IMG/VR virus record: IMGVR_UViG_3300046374_000008
Location: 1 to 28,799 of that record
DNA: 28,799 nt
Origin: a virus
Taxonomy: Duplodnaviria; Caudoviricetes
Reading direction: 5' to 3' (one strand)
Shown here: piece by piece, positions 14,101 to 22,394 of the stretch
How the letters are laid out: the number at the start of each line of letters is the position of its first letter
How positions within the stretch are numbered: position 1 is the first letter of the stretch
Notes under the pieces: model-generated
What the model saw: only the letters and a program-made list of their open reading frames with translations
What the model was told of the DNA's origin: nothing
Database searches by the model: none
Translations under genes and position numbers: made by a program

Positions 14101-14530
14101 GAGCTGGCTGACGCTTGCTTCCGGGGCGTTCAGCTATAGCTCGGTCCAGATTTACGCACCGGGTGTGCAGCCTCCGGGAAACGTTGCACCGGGACAATCG
14201 CCCTGCATCCCCGATTTGGGTGGAACCAACTTCACCTACGTGGCCGTCGATAAAATCTCGACCGCACCGGTCAATCTGACGACTGGCGCTGCGCTGACAT
14301 CGACCGGTCACGTGTATTCGGCGACCGTCACCTACGACGGAAGCAACCTGACGGTTAAATTGAGCGATGTGACAGCCGGTGGTCCTACCTTCACCCACAC
14401 ATGGACCGGGATCGACATTCCGGGTTACGTCGGCGGGAACATGGCGTGGGTTGGAATCGCAGGTGCCACAAACAATCCGACGCCGTATCCGCTTCACGTC
14501 AATTCGTGGACCTATTCGGCGCTGCCATGA
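11126..14530 (+). CDS. Head spike/fibre protein, 1134 aa: tandem duplicated module plus C-terminal L-type lectin-like domain
   Basis: Two copies of ADF..YW..SRASTATY..RLTG..TNL..APDGT..SVF.K..QLANGW..WGAQ..YIPTT; C-terminal FSTTFTF, ALEFDS, TYDG..LTV, AWVG..GAT. Confidence 0.8.
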   Translation: MLHVGADVWLRTRVAGGAGGGPSFPPLVGGVKATIAADFVGGQYWAGGTSQASFAAWLTAIAGTFSRASTATYIDGGIVKTAAVNVPRLGAAGFRLTGAGTNLHLQSQFASGWQADVGDTLTLNAAAAPDGTTTAVSHVPVNASHQHSVLYGSGTNGFVTGTTYTFSVFAKANGYTNVQLDLDNSGNCAATFQLSGAGSVLSKVGSTVASIIQLANGWYLCSITGAGSYTGNINSVIYTTGNGTARAWTGDGTSGYFFWGAQCTQSAFQLDYIPTTTATVTQAADLFSRTPTNPALTLFTKLVNFVAPGINANNKVAWSVGSSGTVQNSLIATVSKNTNFYTITNQGAVVSTRISDTVVTPNAFYKTAFAVQTNSLRASINGGSISVGTVTDPGMPTGMTMEILGGTVFGPGAELNGYVTAEAEWQVFASDMDLQNLTASVAFPSWLPTANNTYATIYADFTTSGNYWYNGQRASFNAWLTALGGTYSRASTATYIAAGAVQTAIANTPRFPTDLLGNPLGIRLTGSATNLLIHSQTFSDPSWVTSASTVSDNAVTAPDGTNTAAAFHDDATSGTHFIRLPSATYTAAPLTISVFVKSFQIGQLVITDPTGTIGTGFNTNQGVAFTVSGITRPTSDHITQLANGWFLCSMTYTPTAGATGSPGIFYLMRGTLSYTGDTSNDFLWGAQVTQTSFPVDYIPTTTATVTQAADSLSFPYTQTTFTALIGTNNQNTLPPGANCLQLGAAAANAEALIYSAHSTTQFSSFYNGATLLGPTFTGGLASLHKTAIAGNNSGRFMTTDGAVPTSDASALTSAALTSLSINSYDNGSSPGYGNYTQLAIWNNLVASTAEMQRLTTISSALFVPYFSCPSGFGPTGACGVDTNNGQAFFLTGAFAGSNPGLVGSAVEVVQANSTHVANNLNFQKMVSVQQFSTTFTFVPDGWNISLVFNNSNNGSANGSVFSGGAGCEASFFQAFSQSAPPNFVFALEFDSQSWLTLASGAFSYSSVQIYAPGVQPPGNVAPGQSPCIPDLGGTNFTYVAVDKISTAPVNLTTGAALTSTGHVYSATVTYDGSNLTVKLSDVTAGGPTFTHTWTGIDIPGYVGGNMAWVGIAGATNNPTPYPLHVNSWTYSALP

Positions 14531-14540
14531 AGGAGCGAAT

Positions 14541-14963
14541 ATGATCGATCACAACATGGCTTTCGTGGATGAGGCTGACGCCATCGCCGATCCGATCGTC
14601 GGTCAGTATTATGTCCTTGATGGTGATGGAGTAGGTCACTGGGACCAGACGTGCTGCAATTTCAGCACCTTTATCTGGGATCCGGCTGACGACACCACCG
14701 AGATCGTTTCCGGCCCGGATGGCGACCGCGAGGTCATCATTCACCACCCTATCGACGACCAATTTCGACTCACGATCACGCTGTTCGAGCCGTGGGACGA
14801 GCTGATCAATCACCGTCAACTCGAATTGGCGGTCGACCACGAGACCGGTGCGGTTCTCGGAACCAGCTTCACCGACCCACAACTTCGGACCCTGCACATG
14901 CAGCCGGTATTTGCGGGCTCGACTTACCCGTTTCTCACTGATGAAGCGAAGGGATTGGTGTGA
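14541..14963 (+). CDS. Acidic hypothetical protein, 140 aa (possible fibre accessory)
   Basis: AAGGAG SD then ATG 14541, within ORF 14379..14963. Confidence 0.75.
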   Translation: MIDHNMAFVDEADAIADPIVGQYYVLDGDGVGHWDQTCCNFSTFIWDPADDTTEIVSGPDGDREVIIHHPIDDQFRLTITLFEPWDELINHRQLELAVDHETGAVLGTSFTDPQLRTLHMQPVFAGSTYPFLTDEAKGLV

Positions 14964-15283
14964 TGGCAGACCTTCTTTACAACGATTCATGGGCCGGTTT
15001 GATCCACGAATACGACCAGCTTGACGATCAAAAGTTCGTGGTCAGAACCCGTGGCGACGTGCAGACCGTGCTCGACGCCAACAGGCATGATGCCAATCAT
15101 GAAAACCCGTGGTCGCCGTCGCGCGATCTCAAACACGTCGCCCGCATCCCCGTTGAAGTCTACATGATATGGTTGAATGAACTCGGGATAGACGCGCTCA
15201 ACAAGGATCATCAGCCAGCGGTGCGGAAGTTGCTCAACGATAGCCAGTGGAGTTATCTGCGCAGCAGTGGGGGAACTCTTTGA
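14963..15283 (+). CDS. Conserved phage hypothetical protein, 106 aa
   Basis: DV..VLDAN...HVARIP..VY..W....G...LN...W.YLR pattern recalled from podophage head-tail regions; alternative GTG start at 14960. Confidence 0.8.
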   Translation: MADLLYNDSWAGLIHEYDQLDDQKFVVRTRGDVQTVLDANRHDANHENPWSPSRDLKHVARIPVEVYMIWLNELGIDALNKDHQPAVRKLLNDSQWSYLRSSGGTL

Positions 15284-16014
15284 CCACCATCAGTCAATAT
15301 TCCGATCTCGTCCAGAAGTGTCAGGACTGGCTGTTTGGTCGTACCGATCTTGCAGCCCAGGTGCCGACGTTCATCCAGATGTTCGAGGCCAAGGCGAATC
15401 GTAAACTGTTCTGCCGGCAGATGGAGAATCGTGCGGTTACCATCATCGATCCGAATGAGATAGAGCCGGAATTCGTCGATCTGCCGATCGGATTCCAGTC
15501 GATGCGACGGGTTCGTTGTGCCAATGCGACAGGACCGATTCCGAAGCCTCGATTGAAGTTCCTGACTGGGCAACAGATGGATGAAATGCGGGAACGGAAT
15601 CAAGTTCCGGGATCACCCGTGTGGTTCTCAATCTTCGGTCAGGAGATGGAGCTATTGCCGACGCCCAACTCTAATTTTGAAATCGAAATGGTCTACCGGG
15701 CGTATCTGACACCGCTTGGTAATCTGTTGCTGCCAGAGCCCCAGGTCAACCCGCTCACTATCCTCCCTACCGTTCCCGGTACTCCAGCTAATCTCTCGCC
15801 GGCTCCCACCAACTGGCTTCTGCAGACTGCGCCGGACGCGTATCTTTACGGGACTCTGATGGAAGCAGCGCCGTATCTGCACGATGATGATCGTATCGCG
15901 GTGTGGTCGTCTGGTGTGCAAGCCGCGTTCGCCGATCTCAATGCTCTCAGTGACGAAGCTTCTTACAATGCTGGTCCGATTGCATGGCGACATAGAGGAT
16001 TTAGGTACAGCTGA
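15280..16014 (+). CDS. Head-tail adaptor protein
   Basis: Y.DL....DW..R.DL...P.FI...E...NR.L and TNWLL..APD.YLYG.L.EA.PYL.DD.RI.VW motifs; TTG start overlapping upstream stop. Confidence 0.8.
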   Translation: MTTISQYSDLVQKCQDWLFGRTDLAAQVPTFIQMFEAKANRKLFCRQMENRAVTIIDPNEIEPEFVDLPIGFQSMRRVRCANATGPIPKPRLKFLTGQQMDEMRERNQVPGSPVWFSIFGQEMELLPTPNSNFEIEMVYRAYLTPLGNLLLPEPQVNPLTILPTVPGTPANLSPAPTNWLLQTAPDAYLYGTLMEAAPYLHDDDRIAVWSSGVQAAFADLNALSDEASYNAGPIAWRHRGFRYS

Positions 16015-17597
16015 TGCCCAAAATCTCACAGCTTCCTTCTGCCGGTCCTCTTCAGGGTAATGAAGAGTTCGCGATAGTGCAGAACAGTGTCACGGTTAAT
16101 GTGGCTCTGGGTGTTGTTACGACTTTCACCATAAATGCGCTTCTTGCCGGTGGTCACATTCCGCCTTCGTTGCTTCCGGCTTTTACCGGTGAAGTGACGT
16201 CGCCCGGTGGATCGGCGGTGTTGACGATCAACAAGTCGATCTCGCCGACATGGCTCGCTCTCCATTCGTTTGGTTCCAAGTCAATTGTCACGCCTACTGC
16301 CGCTATGGCACAATTCGTCAGCGCGGCTACCGGTAATGGTGAGATAACGGTAGAAACGCATGGTAATACGCCCATATATGCCACTCAATATTATAATGGC
16401 GTACCGACCGCACCTACTCCACCGGTGACAGGTAATTTCATCGGTCAGCTTACTATGCGTGGCTGGGATGGGAATGCTTTTCTTCCGGCAGTGCGTTACC
16501 GGGCTTATGTACCGTCCAATTGGACAACGACTTCGAATGAATGTGCCGCGTTTATCGAAACGACGCCAGCAGGATCGGTATCACCGGGAGTTGCCATGGG
16601 CGTCTTCGGCGATGCCGGTGTCAGGATCGGACAGCCGATCCTCGATCCTGGCCCTGGTACTTTGTCCGTCTCCGCTCGATTGTTCGTCGGTCTCTCCGAC
16701 GATGGCACTTCGTTCTCACCGCCAGGAACTTGCGGGCAGTTCGTGAGCGGGAATGGTTTGAATTCTGTCGTCGTCATGGACAGTTATGGCGGCATGCCGT
16801 CGCTATCAATGCGGCGTGGCAATGGTTTGATAACTTCGTCTACTCCTCCTCTAAATAATGATATTCTTGGGCAGATATCCGTAGCTGGATTTGTTACGCC
16901 CGGTGCCTCTAACGGAGGTGGCCGGCTAAGATTTGAAGCGAGTGCAGATTGGTCGCCTACATCCACTCCTGCCAGAGCACACATTGATCTCTGTCCGCCG
17001 GGATCGATAAATGAGGTGCAGGTTGCGCTGTTTGGTTTTGATCCTGCTACCGGTGCCGGCACGCTGACGGTTGGCGCTCCCTCCGCACCTTCAGTTCCAC
17101 CGCTTCCCAGCACTGTGGTGCATTTTACTGGCGTTGCCGGACAGAACACTCTCTCACTGTTGGAAGCCTTTGGCGGTACATCGTCTGCTCAATTGCGACG
17201 CATCAACGGGACGCCAGCTGCACCGACTCCAATTGTGAACGGCGATGTCATTGGACAGACGAATATTGTCGGGTTCGATGGCAGCGGGATATCCCCTGGT
17301 ATTCGATATCTCGGCATGGCTCAAGGTGACTGGTCGCCGACGTCGCATCCGGCTGTCGCTGTCATCGAAGCGACGGCTGCGGGTTCGACGACGCCGACCG
17401 GGTTCATGTCCGTTTACGGTTCTGGTGGTGCCACTCTTGGCTATCCACTGCCTACGCTTGGTCCTGGCGGCGATCCTGGCACTGGCAATATGAAGATTGC
17501 TGGGGGTGTTCTTCTCGGTAATGCAACCGGTGGATTCATGGGGCCCGGGACGATCAACGCGACAGCCCTTTACGTAAATGGAGTGAAAATAGCATGA
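16014..17597 (+). CDS. Tail fibre / receptor-binding protein with three internal repeats of about 140 aa
   Basis: N-terminal KISQLP..L.G.E..IVQ; three NG..(A/S)(P/S)TP....(I/L)GQ....G....W(T/S).TS units; C-terminal INAT.LYVNG. Confidence 0.72.
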   Translation: MPKISQLPSAGPLQGNEEFAIVQNSVTVNVALGVVTTFTINALLAGGHIPPSLLPAFTGEVTSPGGSAVLTINKSISPTWLALHSFGSKSIVTPTAAMAQFVSAATGNGEITVETHGNTPIYATQYYNGVPTAPTPPVTGNFIGQLTMRGWDGNAFLPAVRYRAYVPSNWTTTSNECAAFIETTPAGSVSPGVAMGVFGDAGVRIGQPILDPGPGTLSVSARLFVGLSDDGTSFSPPGTCGQFVSGNGLNSVVVMDSYGGMPSLSMRRGNGLITSSTPPLNNDILGQISVAGFVTPGASNGGGRLRFEASADWSPTSTPARAHIDLCPPGSINEVQVALFGFDPATGAGTLTVGAPSAPSVPPLPSTVVHFTGVAGQNTLSLLEAFGGTSSAQLRRINGTPAAPTPIVNGDVIGQTNIVGFDGSGISPGIRYLGMAQGDWSPTSHPAVAVIEATAAGSTTPTGFMSVYGSGGATLGYPLPTLGPGGDPGTGNMKIAGGVLLGNATGGFMGPGTINATALYVNGVKIA

Positions 17598-17785
17598 CCA
17601 TGGAAGAGAAGATTAAAAATGTTCTCGGTGAGCAGGCATTCATTATCGCTGCGCTTCAGGTGCAGATGGATGCCGCCAGAGCCGAGTGTGAGCAACTCAA
17701 GAAGATGCTCGCCGAGCATGCGCAGATGCATATGTTCAGTCAAGCGGTGGCGGAGAAGTCGAACGGAGAAGCGAGACCGAGTTGA
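17594..17785 (+). CDS. Small coiled-coil protein, 63 aa (possible fibre chaperone)
   Basis: GGAG SD; heptad-like; follows fibre. Confidence 0.65.
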   Translation: MTMEEKIKNVLGEQAFIIAALQVQMDAARAECEQLKKMLAEHAQMHMFSQAVAEKSNGEARPS

Positions 17786-17973
17786 TGTACGAGACCCCAC
17801 AAGGGCTGTATGGGACTGTCTGGCATCCACTCGGCCACGGGGAGTTCTATGATTTTCTCCTGACCGAAGACTTTCAACCGATCACCGTCGAGTTCCTCAT
17901 CCCGCTGCTGCCTGTTGATGCTTACGCTTTGGTTGTTGAGCAGGATGAACCGAATTTGTGGACGATTATATAG
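17785..17973 (+). CDS. Small acidic hypothetical protein, 62 aa
   Basis: TGATG overlap; fills the gap to the next gene; LLTED motif. Confidence 0.55.
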   Translation: MYETPQGLYGTVWHPLGHGEFYDFLLTEDFQPITVEFLIPLLPVDAYALVVEQDEPNLWTII

Positions 17974-17982
17974 GGAACCGAC

Positions 17983-19041
17983 ATGGCTGATGAACCCTCT
18001 ACTAGAGACCCCAACACGACGAATCTCGATCTCATTGTACCGACTGTCGGCGGTTCTGCGGATGTCTGGGGTGCCAATCTCAATACTGATCTGGCGAAGA
18101 TCGATGCCAAGTTCGCTCCGACTGGTCCGAATCGAGTCGTTCAGACCAATTCCGAAGGCTATCCTTTTGGCACTAATTTCGTGCTTGATGACGCCACTGC
18201 TACGCTTCGTCTGATTTGGTTTCGAACGGCCGGTTCTGATCGGTGGGCGTTTGGTGCCACCAACGACGCAGAAGGCATAGGCAATATCGGTTCTGATTTT
18301 TGCTTGTTCAGATATGACAATACCGGGGCAGCTCTCGACACTGCCGCGCCGACGATATTGGTCGACCGCCCGACAGGAAAAGTGAAATTTGCTCAGACGC
18401 CGCAAGTCCTGGCCGGCGGCACTTATTTCGATGTCATTCATGAGGGCAACATTCTAACGTCGTTGGGGTCGATCACCGAGCCAGTTGGCACCGTCAAGAT
18501 GTACGTCGGGGCGAACGATCCTAGTGGCGGTTTTTATGTGATTTGTGACGGACGAGGTTTCCCCATTCCTACTCCCGGAGTTGGGGATCAGACTTATCTC
18601 CCGTTGTATAATGTCATCGGCACGAATTATGGCCAAAGCGGCGGTAATTTCCTTATCCCCAACACGTCTGCACGTTTTGTCGTTGGATTGTCAGGCGCGC
18701 AGCCTCCCGGTCCACCTAATGGTAATTGGCCGCCGCCATATAACGTTGCCAAGCTGGGGCAAGCTTTTGGTGTCGGGTTACACACCCTCATCACCAGCGA
18801 GATTCCATCGCATACTCACGTGCTCGATGATCCGAAGCATTCCCACTTTGTCGGCACCCCATCCACATTTATGAATCAGCCTGGTGGTGGCGGCATGACT
18901 CCGACGTCACCGGTGACCAGCTCTACGATCTCTACGACTTCATCTGCAACTGGCATCACGATGGAAAGCACTGGAGGTGATCTCGGGCACGACAACATAC
19001 CGCCTGCTCTTGTCATGCAGTTCATCATCAGGGTGAAGTAA
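17983..19041 (+). CDS. Tail fibre protein with tail-collar domain
   Basis: N-terminal L..P.VG.S.D.WG..LN..L..ID anchor; PVG.V.MY.G...CDG...LY.VIG..YG..F..P....F.VG collar; EIPSHTH and HDNIPP..V..FII tip. Confidence 0.85.
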   Translation: MADEPSTRDPNTTNLDLIVPTVGGSADVWGANLNTDLAKIDAKFAPTGPNRVVQTNSEGYPFGTNFVLDDATATLRLIWFRTAGSDRWAFGATNDAEGIGNIGSDFCLFRYDNTGAALDTAAPTILVDRPTGKVKFAQTPQVLAGGTYFDVIHEGNILTSLGSITEPVGTVKMYVGANDPSGGFYVICDGRGFPIPTPGVGDQTYLPLYNVIGTNYGQSGGNFLIPNTSARFVVGLSGAQPPGPPNGNWPPPYNVAKLGQAFGVGLHTLITSEIPSHTHVLDDPKHSHFVGTPSTFMNQPGGGGMTPTSPVTSSTISTTSSATGITMESTGGDLGHDNIPPALVMQFIIRVK

Positions 19042-20654
19042 TGGCAGGGCAGCTCGTTCCCATCAAACTACCGCCGGGCTTCTTCACCAACGGGACTGTC
19101 TACGAAAGCAGTGGACGTTGGGTAGGCGGTAATCTCGTGCGGTGGGAGAATGGTCGCATCAAGCCGATTGGCGGGTGGGTGAACATCGGACAGACAAGTC
19201 CGCTCACAGGCGTGGCGCGCGGCGGTCTCTCGTTCATCAACGATCAAGGATTCCCCTTTATTCTAATCGGGACTAATTCCAATCTTTATTTCGGTCAAGG
19301 TGGCAGCGGTGTGTACACCGATGCTACTCCGACCATCGTGCCGCCTCTGGCAATCGGTCGCGTCGACAGCATTCTGGGGGCTGGTTACGGTGCGGGTCCG
19401 TATAGTCACGATAATCCGGCGGACCTGACGAACACCTACGGCACCCAGCGGACCAAAGGCACTCTGCAGCTCGCCGCGGCAACATGGCAGTTCGATACTT
19501 TCGGCAATACCGCGGTCATGGTGCTCAACAGCGATCGGCGAATCATCCAGTTCGATCCCGGCGAAGGCACCTTCACCATTCCGGCGGGGTCACCGACCTG
19601 CGTCGGGGTGATGACGACCAACGAGGACTTCCTGCTGGCGATCGGTGCCAGCTTTGGAACTCTGGCGACCACCGGAAGCGGTCGAAACATCGCATGGGCC
19701 AACATCGGCACGACGAACGACTGGACACCGACCGATATCAATTCAGCCGGCGACATCAATCTGCAGACCAACGGACTTGCCATAGCCGGCACCCGTGTCG
19801 GCTTGCAGAACCTTGTCTGGACAACGTCTGACGTTCACCTCGTTAACTACGTCGGGCAGCCGGCGATCTACGCACCGATCCGCATCGGCACCGCCTGTGG
19901 CCTGATCGGCCCACGCGCGTGGGCGGTGGCGGCGACTGGGGCCGGTGCGGGTGAAGCAGCCTACTGGATGAGCCCGAGCGGCTTCTTCCAGTATAACGGT
20001 GCCGTCATCCCGATGCCTTGCGAGATACAGGATACGCTATGGCGAAACATCAATTTCGCTCAAGCGGCAAAAATTTACGCTTCGACCAACGCTCGGTTTC
20101 ACGAGGTGATCTGGTTCTATCCATCCCTCGCCTCGATGGAATGCGACAGCTACGTCATCTACAATTACAAGGATAATATTTGGTATAACGGAGCACCATT
20201 GGCCCGCACCACCTATCTCGATCGCGGTGCGACCCCGGATGCGTTCGGCGTCGATCCCGCCGGAATCGTTTATCGGCATGAAACCGGCTATCTCGATGAC
20301 GGGCGGTCGCGTGTCGGACAGGTGTTCGTGGTGTCGGCACCGGTCGAGATCGGCAATGGCGATCAGGTCATTTACGCCAACATGATGCTGGTCGATGGCA
20401 CCGGGCTCGTTCAAGGCACTGGTCCGGTTCTGAACCTGACGCCGCGAGCGCGTTTCGCGCCTCTCGCTCCCAACGTCTATCCTCCCGCTCCCAATATACC
20501 GGGACAGACGATTCCACTGGTCATTAACGCGGAAGGCTACACGCCCATCCTATTCTCGGGACGACAGATCGCATTGCGGTTTGACGCCATGCAGGATGTC
20601 GATTGGTCACTTGGCAAGATGCGTCTCAATGTTGTGGGTGGGAGTAAACGCTGA
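19041..20654 (+). CDS. Tail nozzle / DNA-stabilisation protein (P22 gp10-like role)
   Basis: PPG....T.Y...GRW...NLVRW......IGGW, CGLIGP, YWM....FF.YNG.V...PCE, F.EV.WFYPS, CD.YV.YNY motifs; size and position. Confidence 0.78.
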   Translation: MAGQLVPIKLPPGFFTNGTVYESSGRWVGGNLVRWENGRIKPIGGWVNIGQTSPLTGVARGGLSFINDQGFPFILIGTNSNLYFGQGGSGVYTDATPTIVPPLAIGRVDSILGAGYGAGPYSHDNPADLTNTYGTQRTKGTLQLAAATWQFDTFGNTAVMVLNSDRRIIQFDPGEGTFTIPAGSPTCVGVMTTNEDFLLAIGASFGTLATTGSGRNIAWANIGTTNDWTPTDINSAGDINLQTNGLAIAGTRVGLQNLVWTTSDVHLVNYVGQPAIYAPIRIGTACGLIGPRAWAVAATGAGAGEAAYWMSPSGFFQYNGAVIPMPCEIQDTLWRNINFAQAAKIYASTNARFHEVIWFYPSLASMECDSYVIYNYKDNIWYNGAPLARTTYLDRGATPDAFGVDPAGIVYRHETGYLDDGRSRVGQVFVVSAPVEIGNGDQVIYANMMLVDGTGLVQGTGPVLNLTPRARFAPLAPNVYPPAPNIPGQTIPLVINAEGYTPILFSGRQIALRFDAMQDVDWSLGKMRLNVVGGSKR

Positions 20655-20869
20655 TGGCTCTCAAAGTCCCCGCACCCACTACGAATTGGAGCCCGGCTTA
20701 TCAAATCCGGGTCAATCAGTCATTGGAAAGCAATGACATCACCAATCGCAAAAAAGGCAGCGATATCGAGCTGTTTCCTGAGAAGCTGATTTTGCGCTCG
20801 CCGAGTGGCGCACGCTGGGTGATCACGGTTTCCGATACCGGTGTGGTGGGGGCGACAGCAGCGCCATGA
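20654..20869 (+). CDS. Small virion protein, 71 aa
   Basis: GGGAG SD; LILRSP.G.RW.ITV.D.G motif; coupled on both sides. Confidence 0.75.
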   Translation: MALKVPAPTTNWSPAYQIRVNQSLESNDITNRKKGSDIELFPEKLILRSPSGARWVITVSDTGVVGATAAP

Positions 20870-21243
20870 CAGTCGCCATACAGGAATGGAAGCGTTGCCG
20901 ACACTGGATCGAAGACGCCCTGGCGCGCACTGACACCCACACCATCGAGGATGTCGAGATTGGTCTTGCCCGCGGGGTTTATGTGTTCTGGCCGGCATCG
21001 AAATCTGCGGCGATCACCGAGATCCATGAATTCCCTCGTGCCAAGCACATGCATCTGTTCCTGGCTGGGGGCGAACTCGAAGAACTCAAATCCATGGTGC
21101 CGATGTGGCAGTCATGGGCACGATTCAATCGGTGCAGTAAATTGACGCTCGCCGGCCGCCGCGGCTGGGAGCGTGCGTTGAAGGATCAGGGCTGGAAAGC
21201 CGATCTCGTCTATCTGAGCATTCCGGCAGGAGAAGGCCCATGA
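20866..21243 (+). CDS. Conserved phage protein, possibly GNAT-like fold, 125 aa
   Basis: TH.IEDV, ITEI..FP..K..H.FLAGG.L.EL, GR.GW.R.L motifs; position before ejection genes. Confidence 0.7.
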   Translation: MTVAIQEWKRCRHWIEDALARTDTHTIEDVEIGLARGVYVFWPASKSAAITEIHEFPRAKHMHLFLAGGELEELKSMVPMWQSWARFNRCSKLTLAGRRGWERALKDQGWKADLVYLSIPAGEGP

Positions 21244-22391
21244 AGTCACAACCGGTCACCCAGAACACCACCCAGCAGACCACCATCGATCCCTGGTTGG
21301 CCGCACAGGCGTCGCGGGTCGCCGGACAGACCGGCACCCTGCCAGGCTATTCGGCCTATACGGGTGCGGGACCGGCCGGGCTGACGCCCGCACAATTGCA
21401 GGCTCTCGGGCTCTCGCAATACAGCGTCGGTCAGGGGCAGGGGATCGCTGGGCAGGCTTACAGTCCGCTCAACTCACTGACCGGTTTCCAGGGTCAGATG
21501 ATTGATCCCACCAAGCTGGGGGCCGATACCCAGCAGCTGATGAATCCGTACATTCAAAATCAGATTCAAGCGGCTGGGCAGGGAATCGATCGCAACACTC
21601 AGACTGCGATGAATCAAGCCGACACCAATCTCGCCCAGCAGCACGCCTTTGGCGGCTCGCGCCAGGGCGTCTCCGACGCGGTGACGGCGTCGCAGGGCGC
21701 GCTGCAAAAAAGTCAGATCATGTCGCAGCTGATGAGCCAGGGCTACAGCACTGCGGCAGCATCAGCGCTTGCAGAGCAGCAAGCCAATCAGGGTGCCGTC
21801 CAGGCGGCGGCTGGCACGCGGCTGGGTGCGGCCAACGCGCTCACCGGGCTCGGACAAACCATCAGTGGTTTGAATACCGCAGACATCGCCAATCTCTTGT
21901 CGACCGGCAAGACGCAGCAGGACACCCAGACTGCGCAGAACATGTTTAATTATCAGCAGTGGCTCAACAACATGCAGATGCCCGGGCAGCTGCTACAGCA
22001 ACAAGCCAGCATTCTCGGTGGGCTCCCGCACGGTGGCACCCAGACCGGCCAGACGTCGCAGATGAGCTATTCCAATCCGCTGTTGCAGCTCGGTGGCCTG
22101 GGTCTCGGGATCGGCAGCCTGGGCATTCCGGGCGGCGGTACTCTCGGCGGATCGGCGATCATGGGCCTCCTGGGCATGTCAGATCGACGTTTGAAAGAGG
22201 ATATCGAACCACTCGGCACGTTGCGCGACGGCACACCGCTCTATCGTTACCGGTACAAGGGTGATCCCGTGCAGCGCGTCGGGGTCATGGCCGACGAGGT
22301 CGATCCGTCCGACACCATCACGCATCCCAGTGGGCTGAAAATGGTCGATTACGGGCGTGTGGTCGAGCGCGCCGTGCAAGCTGGGAGATGA
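21240..22391 (+). CDS. DNA ejection/internal virion protein with C-terminal Peptidase S74-like (intramolecular chaperone) domain
   Basis: Q/A/G-rich body with LMNPY and AFGGSR; hydrophobic Gly-Leu segment; SDRRLKEDI...YRYRY...GVMADEV...VDY. Confidence 0.8.
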   Translation: MKSQPVTQNTTQQTTIDPWLAAQASRVAGQTGTLPGYSAYTGAGPAGLTPAQLQALGLSQYSVGQGQGIAGQAYSPLNSLTGFQGQMIDPTKLGADTQQLMNPYIQNQIQAAGQGIDRNTQTAMNQADTNLAQQHAFGGSRQGVSDAVTASQGALQKSQIMSQLMSQGYSTAAASALAEQQANQGAVQAAAGTRLGAANALTGLGQTISGLNTADIANLLSTGKTQQDTQTAQNMFNYQQWLNNMQMPGQLLQQQASILGGLPHGGTQTGQTSQMSYSNPLLQLGGLGLGIGSLGIPGGGTLGGSAIMGLLGMSDRRLKEDIEPLGTLRDGTPLYRYRYKGDPVQRVGVMADEVDPSDTITHPSGLKMVDYGRVVERAVQAGR

Positions 22392-22394
22392 TTC

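Noticed and set aside
14938-14960. Hammerhead ribozyme core (CTGATGA)
   Set aside because: No stem II plus GAAA or flanking helices; lies within coding sequence
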